NCBI GenBank assembly: GCA_025354795.1
Contig: JANXMF010000224.1
Location: 1 to 63,712, forward strand
Source of the DNA: Pseudobdellovibrionaceae bacterium
Lineage (GTDB): Bacteria > Bdellovibrionota > Bdellovibrionia > Bdellovibrionales > UBA1609
DNA length: 63,712 nt
Direction: 5' to 3'
The position numbers were made by a program, and so were the translations under genes. Numbering within the stretch: the stretch's first letter is position 1; every line of letters begins with the position of its first letter. Shown piece by piece: positions 18,712 to 27,860 of the stretch. The notes under the pieces are model-generated. The model was given only the letters and a program-made list of their open reading frames with translations. It ran no database searches and was not told where the DNA came from.

Positions 18712-19940
18712 AGAAAGTCTTTATCAGCGGCATGGGAGCCCTGACTTCACTCGGCTGTGATGTGGCCTCGACGTTTAACGGCCTGGTGGAAAATCGCTCG
18801 GGCATAAAGCGGTTTGCCGAATGGGAACAGTACAACGGCTTACACAGCCACGTCGGTGCGCCGGTTCCGGCTTACGACATAATGAAAGTTCCGCGCTCGG
18901 CGCGGCGAACGATGTCACGCATGTCGGAGATGGCCACTTTGGCCACCATGCAGGCGTTGGGTCAGGCGGATCTGCGGCTGGAAAATTGCGACGGCGAGCG
19001 CACGTTGATAATTATGGGTTCGACTTCGGGCAGCCCGGTGACGCTCGAACTTTATTTCAAACAGCTCTTCGAGCGCGGCGGTCCACAAGGACAAATGTCC
19101 ACCTCGTTTTTTAAAGTGATGAATCATTCGGTGCCGGCGAATGTGGCTTCGGCTCTTGGCTATCATGGCGCTTTGCTTTCGCCGTCTTCCGCCTGCTCCA
19201 CCTCTTCACAGGCACTGGTGTTGGGCTGGGAATTACTGCAGAGCGGATTTTACGATTGTGTGATCGCCGGTGGTGCGGACGAATTGCACTATATGACCGC
19301 GGCGATATTCGACATCGTGCTCGCGGCTTCGCGCCGATACAATTATGAGCCGGAGCGCGCCTCGCGGCCCTTTGATCGCGACCGCGATGGCTTAGTGGTG
19401 TCAGAAGGTGCGGGCGTGGTCATTCTCGAGACCGAAGAGCGCTTGCGCCGGCGTGGTGGTCTGGCGCTGGCTGAATTCCGGGGGGGTGCCTACGTATGCG
19501 ACGGCTTGCATATGAGCCAATCCAGCGGGGATGCGATGCGACAAACGATGGGACAGGCTATTCGCCGCGCACAGCTTGTGCCTGCAGACATTGGCTACAT
19601 CAATGCTCACGCCACTGCGACTTTGCAGGGTGATATTGAGGAGGCGCAAACTATTGCAAAGATGTTTGGCGAGCAGACTCCGGTCAGTAGTTTGAAAGGA
19701 AACCTGGGCCATTCTTTGGCGGCGTGCGGAGCGGTTGAAGTCATTGCGTCAGTGCTCATGATGCAAAATAATGTTCTGCTTCCCACACGAAATCTTGATA
19801 ATCCTGACGCTATGTGTTTGGGTGTGAACCTTATTCGTGAAAACTGCTCGAGCGCGGTTCAGCACGTTCTAAGCAACAACTTTGCTTTTGGTGGCATGAA
19901 CACCAGTTTAGTGATCTCAGCCGTAGGGAGTGGTCAATGA
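18708..19940 (+). CDS. beta-ketoacyl-ACP synthase (FabF-like)
   Basis: SSACSTSSQA, NAHATATLQGD, GHSLAACG. Confidence 0.9.
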   Translation: MKKVFISGMGALTSLGCDVASTFNGLVENRSGIKRFAEWEQYNGLHSHVGAPVPAYDIMKVPRSARRTMSRMSEMATLATMQALGQADLRLENCDGERTLIIMGSTSGSPVTLELYFKQLFERGGPQGQMSTSFFKVMNHSVPANVASALGYHGALLSPSSACSTSSQALVLGWELLQSGFYDCVIAGGADELHYMTAAIFDIVLAASRRYNYEPERASRPFDRDRDGLVVSEGAGVVILETEERLRRRGGLALAEFRGGAYVCDGLHMSQSSGDAMRQTMGQAIRRAQLVPADIGYINAHATATLQGDIEEAQTIAKMFGEQTPVSSLKGNLGHSLAACGAVEVIASVLMMQNNVLLPTRNLDNPDAMCLGVNLIRENCSSAVQHVLSNNFAFGGMNTSLVISAVGSGQ

Positions 19941-20188
19941 TGGAACAAGAAATTGTGAGCAAAGTGAATGCGCTAATGGCCCGCGGATTTGAACTCTCCG
20001 AAAAAGACCTAGTGCCCACGGCCCGCCTCAAAGAGGATTTGGGTTTGGACAGTCTGGATGCGGTCGATATGTTGGTTCATCTCGAAGAGAGTCTCGGTAG
20101 TCGAATCGAAGGCGAACGCCTTATGCAAGTCAAAACCCTGAGCGATGTCTACGGTTTGGTAAAAGAAGCCGCTGCATCGAAGTCATGA
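19937..20188 (+). CDS. acyl carrier protein
   Basis: 83 aa with LGLDSLDAVDMLV. Confidence 0.85.
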   Translation: MMEQEIVSKVNALMARGFELSEKDLVPTARLKEDLGLDSLDAVDMLVHLEESLGSRIEGERLMQVKTLSDVYGLVKEAAASKS

Positions 20189-21288
20189 TCGGAGTGGTCG
20201 CCTACGGGGCTTCGACGGCGGCAGGCGAGGGCGTGGAAGCTCTCTGGTCCGGCGTGCACAGTGGACGCGATTTTTCCCGCGCGCTGGATTGTTCAGATTG
20301 GCCGGTAAAGCCCGATTTTGCGGCGCGCGCGTGTTTACTCCCATCCTCCCGCGAATTTGAAAATCAGGAAGAGCGACTGTTCACTCACCTCCATCGAGCT
20401 TGGCGGGAAGCCAGTGCCGATCTCGATCGCGGTCAACTCGGCCGTGTCGGCGTGATTTTAGCCTCCACCAAGGGTTTTGTAGAAGACCGCATTTGGAATT
20501 CCAATAGTGATTTGCGCCAAGATTTCTTAGCACCGCTGCTCACTCGATTTTGCAGACTGGCGGAAGTGACCGCGGTGACTCAAGTCGTGGTCAGCAATGC
20601 CTGTGCCTCTTCCCACTCGGCCCTTTGGCTTGCCACCCAATGGTTCCAAGCCGACCGCGTGGACACGGTGATCGTGCTCGCGGTTGATGGCGTGGGTCCA
20701 TTCGTATTGCAGGGTTTTCATTCGCTGCAAGCATTGTCGGTGTCGTCGGCGCGCCCGTTCGCCCCGGATCGTGATGGTATGCGCCTGGGAGAAGCCGCGG
20801 TAGTCGTGGTGCTGGCGTCTAAACCTTGTGCGATCGGTCTTACTGGAGTGGGTTTGGATGCGGAAGGCTTTGCGGCCGTTCGTCCTTCGCCTTCAGGTCA
20901 AAGTTTGCGCCGGGCTTTGCGCGCGCTCGCAAGCGTTCCTGATATGATCATCGCTCACGCGACGGCCACGGTATTAAATGATGTGGTCGAAGATCAGGTT
21001 TTTCATACCCATTTCGGTCTCGCGCCGGTGGTGACTGGCAGCAAATGGAGCATCGGTCACACCCTCGCGGCCTGTGGTGCGGTGGATTTGGTTTTGGCGT
21101 GCGAGTCCATTATCCGTCGCACCGGGTTTCGTTTGGGCAACACGCCTGAGGTGGATCCGTCATTTCGTTGTCGCTACCTCACCCAAAACGCGGCTCTCGA
21201 CGTTGAACCGGAGCGGGTGCTATTTTCCGCACTGGGATTTGGCGGGATTCATGCGGTGGCGCAAGTCGAGCGCTGGCTGGACGCATGA
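20185..21288 (+). CDS. beta-ketoacyl-ACP synthase
   Basis: SNACASSHSA, AHATATVLND, GHTLAACG. Confidence 0.85.
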   Translation: MIGVVAYGASTAAGEGVEALWSGVHSGRDFSRALDCSDWPVKPDFAARACLLPSSREFENQEERLFTHLHRAWREASADLDRGQLGRVGVILASTKGFVEDRIWNSNSDLRQDFLAPLLTRFCRLAEVTAVTQVVVSNACASSHSALWLATQWFQADRVDTVIVLAVDGVGPFVLQGFHSLQALSVSSARPFAPDRDGMRLGEAAVVVVLASKPCAIGLTGVGLDAEGFAAVRPSPSGQSLRRALRALASVPDMIIAHATATVLNDVVEDQVFHTHFGLAPVVTGSKWSIGHTLAACGAVDLVLACESIIRRTGFRLGNTPEVDPSFRCRYLTQNAALDVEPERVLFSALGFGGIHAVAQVERWLDA

Positions 21289-21881
21289 GACAGATTCGCT
21301 GTGCCTTTGTTTTTCATAAATCTATTTTTCCGCTCAAGGGCGAGCCGTCCTGGCATGCGCGGGTAGATCGCTGGTATCAACTCGATGCCCCGGCGTTTGG
21401 ATTATGTGAACTTTGGAGCCAAGCGCCGACGGTCGAAAAACCCGCGCTCATAGTTTTGGCGAGCCCTGGTGGCTGCAATGGCTCGGATGCCTTGTTTGCT
21501 CTGCAGGGCGCATCCAGCCCCGCGCGCTTTGTGCACACCTTGCCGAGCCTGCGCGCTTCCGCTCTGCTGCAATTAATGAATTGGCACGGGCCGTTAATCT
21601 GTTTGCAAAATGATCCCCATAGCTTAAGTCGCGCGCTGAGCGAAGGCGCCGAATGGGTCTCACTGAACCAGCAAGTGTGCTGGGTCCTCGGCTGCGATGC
21701 GGATTATGTGGCCTATCGTTTTTGTTTAGGTGGTGAGGGAAATATGCGGCTCGAGCGTGGGGGTGCGGCGGCGGCGCTGCCTTTGGATTCCGAAATCAAT
21801 GTTTGGTTGGGGAAATCCAACGGAGAACCCACGGCGGCGCTGGGTGGCGGTTGGCAAATCACGCGGGCGGCGGGAGCATGA
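21285..21881 (+). CDS. KS-like partner / chain-length-factor-like protein (truncated thiolase-fold)
   Basis: 198 aa. The segment ARFVHTLPSLRASALLQLMNWHGPLICLQ parallels PILFQNSLHNSTTGFLAMTWRITGP of 6612-7349. Coupled (ATGA) to the KS upstream and the lyase downstream. Confidence 0.5.
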   Translation: MRQIRCAFVFHKSIFPLKGEPSWHARVDRWYQLDAPAFGLCELWSQAPTVEKPALIVLASPGGCNGSDALFALQGASSPARFVHTLPSLRASALLQLMNWHGPLICLQNDPHSLSRALSEGAEWVSLNQQVCWVLGCDADYVAYRFCLGGEGNMRLERGGAAAALPLDSEINVWLGKSNGEPTAALGGGWQITRAAGA

Positions 21882-23467
21882 GCCGCGAGACGCTGGCCTT
21901 GGGGGTCGAAAATCTGGCGTTGCGCCAGTTGAAACGATTTGTTTATAAACGTAATGAGTTTAGCAAAGTGATGGTCGCGGACGAATGTCTGGAGCGCGCC
22001 GCGATCTCCTGTCGCCGGCTCAATGAGCTAATGGAGCGTCGGCTCCCGATTTATGGCGTGACCACCGGGTTTGGCGACAGCTGCTTTCGTTTTGTCGATC
22101 CCCAGCACGGTGAAATGCTGCAAGCCAATCTGGTGTCTTATCTTTTGTGCGGAAGCGGACCATTGCTGCCGGTCGATGCGTGCCGGGCGATGTTTTTGAT
22201 ACGGCTCAAATCGCTGAGTCGTGGCTTTTCCGGCGTGAGCGTAGAGTTGCTCGAACGCATGCGCCTTTTTCTGGCCAACGATTGGATTCCCGCGGTGCCG
22301 TGCGAGGGTTCATTGGGTGCGAGCGGCGACTTGATTCCGCTGGCCTATTTGGCGCAATGCCTGCAGGGCGAAGGCCAGATGTTCGTGGACGGAAAATTGC
22401 AAGAAACGGCGGATGTGCTCGCGCGCGCCGGCGTGGCAAAATACCGCTTGAAGCCCAAAGAAGGCTTGGCGTTGGTGAATGGCACTTCAGCGATGGCGGG
22501 TCTTTATTTAAGCAATTTGGTGGCGGCGCAAGCGCTGCTGCAGTTGTCCTCGGTCGCGACCGCATGGCTCTGCTTGGTCTTGCGCGGCCGCACTGAACCA
22601 TTTGATATTTTGATCAATGAAAAGGCCAATCTCCATACTGGGCAACGCCAAGTGGCGGCGACGGTGTTGGCGTTGATTCGGGCCGAGGGTTACGCGTGCA
22701 AACCCTTAAGTGAAATGATCTTGGAGAGCTCGCTAACCTCGGAAGCCGTGCAGGATCGCTATTCCCTCCGCTGCGCACCGCAGATTTTAGGTCCGGTGAC
22801 GGACACGGTGCAGTTGCTCGGCACCTGGCTTGAAGAGGAAATCAACGGCTCCTCCGACAACCCCTTGCTTGAAGCCGACGGCAATTTGGGCATGGGCGGA
22901 AATTTCTACGGCGGTTACTTGAGTCAAGGCATGGACTATTTGAAAATCAGCTTGGCCCATATCGCCGACATGGTAGATCGTCAATTGGCGATGCTTATTG
23001 ACGAAAAGTCGAATCGTGGCCTGCCAGCGAACTTGGCCAATTGGCCGGGATTGGCGCGTGAACATCGGCATCTCCATCATGGCTTAAAGGGACTGCATCA
23101 GTCGGTGTCGGCCATCACTTCGGAGATCATGGCTAAGGCGATGCCCAATGGGATTTTTTCGCGCTCGGCGGAGAGTCACAATCAGGACAAGGTGAGCCTC
23201 GGCATGAGTGCTGCGGTTCAGTGCCAACAGCTGACTGGACAATTGTATACGGTTTTCGGTCACTACTTAATATGTTTAGCCCAGGCGGTGGATTTGCGTT
23301 CGATCACCTTGCGCGGGGAGGTATCGCAGGATCTTTACGCTCTAGTTCGTCGCGCGGTTCCATTTGTGGCGGGCGATCGACCGCTCGATCGCGGCGTGCA
23401 GACTTTGCGTGAGAGTCTTATGGACCGGGCGGAACGCCAAGCAGGAGAGACTTATGAAAAGGTATGA
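21878..23467 (+). CDS. MIO-dependent aromatic amino acid ammonia-lyase (HAL/PAL/TAL family; likely tyrosine/phenylalanine type)
   Basis: GSLGASGDLIPLAYLA with the Ala-Ser-Gly MIO triad at 22319-22327, plus LALVNGT. Start at MSRETLALG, where the ATG at 21878 forms an ATGA overlap. Confidence 0.85.
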   Translation: MSRETLALGVENLALRQLKRFVYKRNEFSKVMVADECLERAAISCRRLNELMERRLPIYGVTTGFGDSCFRFVDPQHGEMLQANLVSYLLCGSGPLLPVDACRAMFLIRLKSLSRGFSGVSVELLERMRLFLANDWIPAVPCEGSLGASGDLIPLAYLAQCLQGEGQMFVDGKLQETADVLARAGVAKYRLKPKEGLALVNGTSAMAGLYLSNLVAAQALLQLSSVATAWLCLVLRGRTEPFDILINEKANLHTGQRQVAATVLALIRAEGYACKPLSEMILESSLTSEAVQDRYSLRCAPQILGPVTDTVQLLGTWLEEEINGSSDNPLLEADGNLGMGGNFYGGYLSQGMDYLKISLAHIADMVDRQLAMLIDEKSNRGLPANLANWPGLAREHRHLHHGLKGLHQSVSAITSEIMAKAMPNGIFSRSAESHNQDKVSLGMSAAVQCQQLTGQLYTVFGHYLICLAQAVDLRSITLRGEVSQDLYALVRRAVPFVAGDRPLDRGVQTLRESLMDRAERQAGETYEKV

Positions 23468-24638
23468 CGTTATCATCGTCGGCGGCGGACCGGGCGGCAG
23501 CACGGCGGGGGCTTTTCTCGCAAAAAACGGCCTGGATTGCATTCTGCTTGAGCGTGAAGTGTATCCGCGCTTTCATATCGGCGAGTCCTTGCTGCCCGCG
23601 TCCATGCCGATTTTTAAAGAGACGGGGTTTTATGAAACCCTTGCCGCTGGTAATTACATAGAAAAATACGGCGCGCGATTTGTCGATTATAAAACGGATG
23701 ACGAAGTCTACTTTGGTTTCGACAACGGTTTAAATCGTGATATCCCCATGGCGTTTGAAGTCGAGCGCAGCCAGTTTGATCAAGATATTCTCGCTCACGC
23801 CCGCAAACTGGGCGTGGATGTTCGCCAGCCCGAGCGAGTCAAAGACGTTGAGTTTCATGATGACCACGTTTCGGTGGTGACCACCAAGGGCAGCTACACG
23901 GCGCGGTTCTTACTCGATTGCACCGGCCGCGATTCCTACCTCGGAAAGCGTTTGAAAATGCGGCACAGTCATAAAGATCTTAATAATTTTGCGGTGTTTG
24001 CACACTATACCGGGGTTAAACGCTATGAAGGCCGTAGCGAAGGCGACATCACGGTGGGTTTGCTACCGGATCGTTCGTGGTCATGGATCATTCCGTTCAA
24101 GGGCGAGCGCACTTCGGTGGGCGTGGTCGCGTCGTCGGCGTTGAAATCGCCCGGCGTGACTTTGGAAGACTACCTCATCGAGTGTCTGCACTCAAGTCCG
24201 CGCCTGCGCGAAATTTTGCGCGAGAGCGAAAGAGTTTCGGAAATCATCACCATCGCCAATTATTCCCACGGCAATGAATATATGGTGGGCGACCGCTGGA
24301 TTTGCGCGGGCGATGCCGCGGCCTTTTTAGATCCGATTTTTTCTTCGGGTGTGCATATGGCCACGGTTTCGGGCAAGCTCGCGGCACTGACAATTGTCGA
24401 AGCTTTGCGTATGGGCGAAACTCTGCGCCAAGGCGGACGCGATCGCCGCTATGAGGAGACTGTGCGCCAAGGCATTCAGCGCTTCCACAATTTGATCTCG
24501 CTTTTTTATCAAGGCAGTTTTGTCGAACAAATGAAGAAAACCCTGCACCGTGAAAATATGCGCGCCGGGTTTACCTCGGCCGTCGCCGGCGATATGTGGA
24601 ACGAAGACAATTTTCTGTTTTCAAAGGGCGTGCTTTAA
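23454..24638 (+). CDS. flavin-dependent halogenase
   Basis: YDVIIVGGGPGGSTAG (GxGxxG), WSWIIP (WxWxIP, 24078-24095), FLDPIFSSGV. GGAGAG RBS before the ATG at 23454. Confidence 0.75.
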   Translation: MKRYDVIIVGGGPGGSTAGAFLAKNGLDCILLEREVYPRFHIGESLLPASMPIFKETGFYETLAAGNYIEKYGARFVDYKTDDEVYFGFDNGLNRDIPMAFEVERSQFDQDILAHARKLGVDVRQPERVKDVEFHDDHVSVVTTKGSYTARFLLDCTGRDSYLGKRLKMRHSHKDLNNFAVFAHYTGVKRYEGRSEGDITVGLLPDRSWSWIIPFKGERTSVGVVASSALKSPGVTLEDYLIECLHSSPRLREILRESERVSEIITIANYSHGNEYMVGDRWICAGDAAAFLDPIFSSGVHMATVSGKLAALTIVEALRMGETLRQGGRDRRYEETVRQGIQRFHNLISLFYQGSFVEQMKKTLHRENMRAGFTSAVAGDMWNEDNFLFSKGVL

Positions 24639-24639
24639 A

Positions 24640-25857
24640 GTGCGAAAAGTGCATTTGTGGAAGGGTTACCATGGCGTTAAGATCCGCGACCTGATCGCGC
24701 GGGTGTGGTCGCGTGACGATGAACTTCTGATTCTTTGCCCGCCGCAGATTGATCCAACACCGTTCTTGCATTTCCTTCCACCGACTGAGCGCCTATGGCA
24801 TGGCGAGCTTCAACCCGGGTTGGTCTCCGAGCCGCTAGCGCCCGTGGTTTATCCCTCAGTGCCCGTATTAGGATTGTTTACCAGCGGCACCACCTCGGGA
24901 AAGCCCGAGTTAGTGCTTTACAGCAAGGCGAATATCCGCAGCTCGTTGGCGGCGATCCTTAAGATTTTAAATGTGCAGGGGATTGATTCGGTGTTTTGCT
25001 ATCCCCAGCCGTTTCACACTTTCGGTCTGCTGTTGGGATACATCTTAGCACTTGAAGAAGGTTGGCCACTCCTCACGGGTGAAGGCCGTTACAGTGGGGC
25101 GCATCATGAGCAGCGTCGGCGCGCCACTCAACCGGGATTGATGACGTTAGGTACGCCCACGCATTTTGAGGATCTCAAATGTTACGTGCAAATGAACGGT
25201 GAGGAATTGGCGCCGAGTCTGACTTGCATTGTGGGCGGTGCTAAAGTTACGGTCTCGTTGTGGGAGCGTTTGCGGGAGCAACTGAAGATTGCCCTGCCGA
25301 GCATCGGTTATGGCGCGACGCAAGCGTCTCCCGGAGTGGCTCATCTCCCGGCCGGCCATGCGCCAGTGGAGGATGGTGAAATCGGATTTCCACTTCCGGG
25401 TTTGGTCATAAATCTTATTCCCGGTCGTGGTTATGAATTGCGCGGACCTTCGGTCTGTCTGGCGGTAATCACGGCGAGCGGCATCGAGTTCCCCCAAAAA
25501 ATATTGATTTCGGACGAATTGAGCCGGCGCGCCGATGGCGTGTTGATCTTTAATGGGCGCAGCGATTTTGTGTTGAACCGCGGCGGCGAAAAGTTTTCGC
25601 TTGAGGCGATCGAAGCGGTGCTTTTGCAGCACGGAATTGTGGCTCTGGCGTTTTCCTTGTCCGATCCGCGCTTGGGTCAGGACTTGGCGCTGTTGGTGGA
25701 AGAAGGTCCTTCACCAGAAACTATCTTACAGGTGCTGCAACAGAAGTTTTTAACTCGATTCAGCTCGTCTTTAATCCGCTTCAATCCGCGTCTTCCGGTC
25801 AATAGCAACTGCAAGCTCGACCGCCAAGCCGGACAAGCACTGCTGGGATGTATATAA
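24640..25857 (+). CDS. AMP-dependent synthetase/ligase (aryl/acyl-CoA or -ACP ligase)
   Basis: FTSGTTSGKPE AMP-binding motif and GGEKFSLEAIE near the C-terminus. GTG start at 24640 lies directly after the halogenase stop; there is no in-frame ATG nearby. Confidence 0.75.
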   Translation: MRKVHLWKGYHGVKIRDLIARVWSRDDELLILCPPQIDPTPFLHFLPPTERLWHGELQPGLVSEPLAPVVYPSVPVLGLFTSGTTSGKPELVLYSKANIRSSLAAILKILNVQGIDSVFCYPQPFHTFGLLLGYILALEEGWPLLTGEGRYSGAHHEQRRRATQPGLMTLGTPTHFEDLKCYVQMNGEELAPSLTCIVGGAKVTVSLWERLREQLKIALPSIGYGATQASPGVAHLPAGHAPVEDGEIGFPLPGLVINLIPGRGYELRGPSVCLAVITASGIEFPQKILISDELSRRADGVLIFNGRSDFVLNRGGEKFSLEAIEAVLLQHGIVALAFSLSDPRLGQDLALLVEEGPSPETILQVLQQKFLTRFSSSLIRFNPRLPVNSNCKLDRQAGQALLGCI

Positions 25858-25978
25858 TGAGATTAGTAATTTTAGTGGCGCGAGTTTTTTCAACAGCTTC
25901 CTAGTCTATCGTCGAGTCTTTTAAGCCCGTGGTGTTTCGCACTAGTCCTCCCATGCCGAAAATCATAAAATCTCTCAC

Positions 25979-26725
25979 ATGCGTATCCATACGGCTTTGT
26001 CTCTCATAGTGGTTGTTGTTTTTGGCTATTCCGCATTTGGTGCCGATGCGGACAAGGCTGGAGACGAAGTTACCTTCCCGCGTTGCAAAGCTAAAATCGA
26101 TGCACTGATAAAGGAATGGAAAGCCAACGGTGATTGGCAGCTCTTAATCGAAGGGGTTAAAGATCACAGGCGTGCGATTTCAAGTAGTCAAAAAGTAGGG
26201 ACATGGATTTATTTGGAGTATGGCGACGCCTCTGACCCGATTACGGTTGCGCGCCAATCGCAGTTCCAGGCCGACATTCACAAACTGAGTGAGGAATGTA
26301 CCGATGCGGTCAAAACGGAGCACAATGAGCCACCAAAAAATACCGGGGTCGCGACGGATAGCGATCTTCTCGCGCTGATCGCAGCACATAGCGAAGTGTT
26401 AATTTATGTTTGGTCGCCTGAGATGTCCTATTCAATTCCAAGCTTGCGCGAAATCAAGGTACTGGTGGCTGAATTAAAAATTCCATTCAAGGCCTTTCTG
26501 GCATCATCGGCAAAACCAGGTGTTGCAGCCGCCCAAATTCAGCAGGTCGGGTTGCCCGAAGATTTTCTGGTTCCACTCGACTCGTTTGAGTTGCGCATGC
26601 GAGGTGCGCGGCGGCAAATGCCGATTCTTTATCATGTGAAGAATGGTCACTTCGTGGACAATGGTCTGCCCGGCTATCGAAGAGTCAGCGAGTATCGGCA
26701 AATTTTAGCCGGGCGGACCAAATGA
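25979..26725 (+). CDS. exported hypothetical protein (C-terminal half weakly thioredoxin-fold-like, no CxxC)
   Basis: Signal peptide MRIHTALSLIVVVVFGYSAFGA. The segment VLIYVWSPEMSYS sits where W-C-x-x-C would be expected. Confidence 0.5.
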   Translation: MRIHTALSLIVVVVFGYSAFGADADKAGDEVTFPRCKAKIDALIKEWKANGDWQLLIEGVKDHRRAISSSQKVGTWIYLEYGDASDPITVARQSQFQADIHKLSEECTDAVKTEHNEPPKNTGVATDSDLLALIAAHSEVLIYVWSPEMSYSIPSLREIKVLVAELKIPFKAFLASSAKPGVAAAQIQQVGLPEDFLVPLDSFELRMRGARRQMPILYHVKNGHFVDNGLPGYRRVSEYRQILAGRTK

Positions 26726-27849
26726 CTCGAGACGTGCGCTTCGGCCTGAGCGGTTTGATTTTTGTTTTGCTCGCCGATTGCGCAGTTGCGGTTGCGGATG
26801 GCTGTCCTAAGCTTAAACTGCTTCATGAGTATTCGCACAATGCTTTTCATACTCTGTTTGCGCGAAGCGCGGAGTGCAGTCAGCCTTGGGTGTTTTCCAA
26901 TGTACTAGAGAAGAATGGCGTGGCCTATCCAGTGCGCATTAATGTTGCCAACGGCGACACCGTGCGCACCCCAGTTTCTGACCGCCTGGCGGTCACCGAG
27001 GGCGAAACTCCAGATGGGTTGAACAAACATCCAATCACATTCGTGCAAGGTGTAGATTCTGTCCCTGCGCCTGATTGCAGCCGGATTTACACTCACGTGT
27101 TTGATGGAAAGAGAACGCCATCATTGCGTATGACTCCCGTCGACAAGTCGGGCGTCTATGCAAAAAGCGGAGATGTGCGGGGGAGTGGATGGAACGCTTA
27201 CGACTATCCCTCGCCGATACAGCGCGACGGGAAGAATCTTGTACTTTACCGAACCGAACGGGGGCTTTATGCCAAGGAAATAAAAACCAGTGCTGACGGT
27301 GTGAGTGCTGACGGTGCCAAACAAATTTGTGAAACGGTTGTAGGCCTGCCCTCGGGGGTGATCGATGGCGTCGCCAGTTTGCCCTTTAGCTCGGGCGATG
27401 GCGGCCTGATTGGCGCCGAGATCAACGGACGAATGCGCATATTACGCGTACAATGGGACCGTGAAGCTAAAGGCAAAGTTCCCTGCGAATTGGTTTCGAC
27501 CTTGCCTGCAACGGCGGGAAAAGTATCATTCAGCCCGGACAACACACGGGTCGTCTTTCACGCGGATTCAATGGCGCCTTTAGGCAAAAGCCTGACGGGT
27601 GGAACGAGTTACAATTCCTACTTGATGAACGTTGCTAGCAGCAACGTCGTTCAGCTTACCACCCTGAATGGGGACCAGAGCTCCGAGTTTCCTTCGTTTA
27701 TGGGCAATGATCGCATTGTCACAAGGGTCAGTAGCTGGAATGACAATAAGACGACGTTTCAAGTGGTTTCGGCGCCTTCGTCGAGTGCGATCGATGGCTG
27801 TTTCGGCTCCAGTTCCCAAGGTATGTCGCCGGCGACGATCATTCATTAA
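26722..27849 (+). CDS. exported hypothetical protein, probable beta-propeller (TolB-like repeats)
   Basis: ATGA-coupled to the upstream gene. Signal peptide. The motif GKVSFSPDNTRVVFHAD resembles TolB/WD40-like repeats. Confidence 0.5.
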   Translation: MTRDVRFGLSGLIFVLLADCAVAVADGCPKLKLLHEYSHNAFHTLFARSAECSQPWVFSNVLEKNGVAYPVRINVANGDTVRTPVSDRLAVTEGETPDGLNKHPITFVQGVDSVPAPDCSRIYTHVFDGKRTPSLRMTPVDKSGVYAKSGDVRGSGWNAYDYPSPIQRDGKNLVLYRTERGLYAKEIKTSADGVSADGAKQICETVVGLPSGVIDGVASLPFSSGDGGLIGAEINGRMRILRVQWDREAKGKVPCELVSTLPATAGKVSFSPDNTRVVFHADSMAPLGKSLTGGTSYNSYLMNVASSNVVQLTTLNGDQSSEFPSFMGNDRIVTRVSSWNDNKTTFQVVSAPSSSAIDGCFGSSSQGMSPATIIH

Positions 27850-27860
27850 GCTGGCCCTCG

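Larger units (their letters stand above)
5977..25857. other. aryl-polyene / flexirubin / xanthomonadin-type type II FAS-like lipid-pigment biosynthetic gene cluster (four translationally coupled operons)
   Basis: Gene content is typical of the APE cluster family: KS, KS-like partner, ACP, FabG-like KR, LolA-like, MMPL exporter, DUF3261 lipoprotein, glycosyltransferase, LPLAT acyltransferases, AMP-ligase and ammonia-lyase. A halogenase is also present. Confidence 0.75.

Noticed and set aside
21803-21877. Upstream extension of the ammonia-lyase ORF
   Set aside because: It overlaps the preceding gene. The ATGA-coupled ATG at 21878 gives a normal lyase N-terminus.
22147-22601. ORFs 22147-22596 (+) and 22206-22601 (-) inside the lyase gene
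   Set aside because: Alternative-frame and antisense shadows rich in Arg/Ala/Pro.
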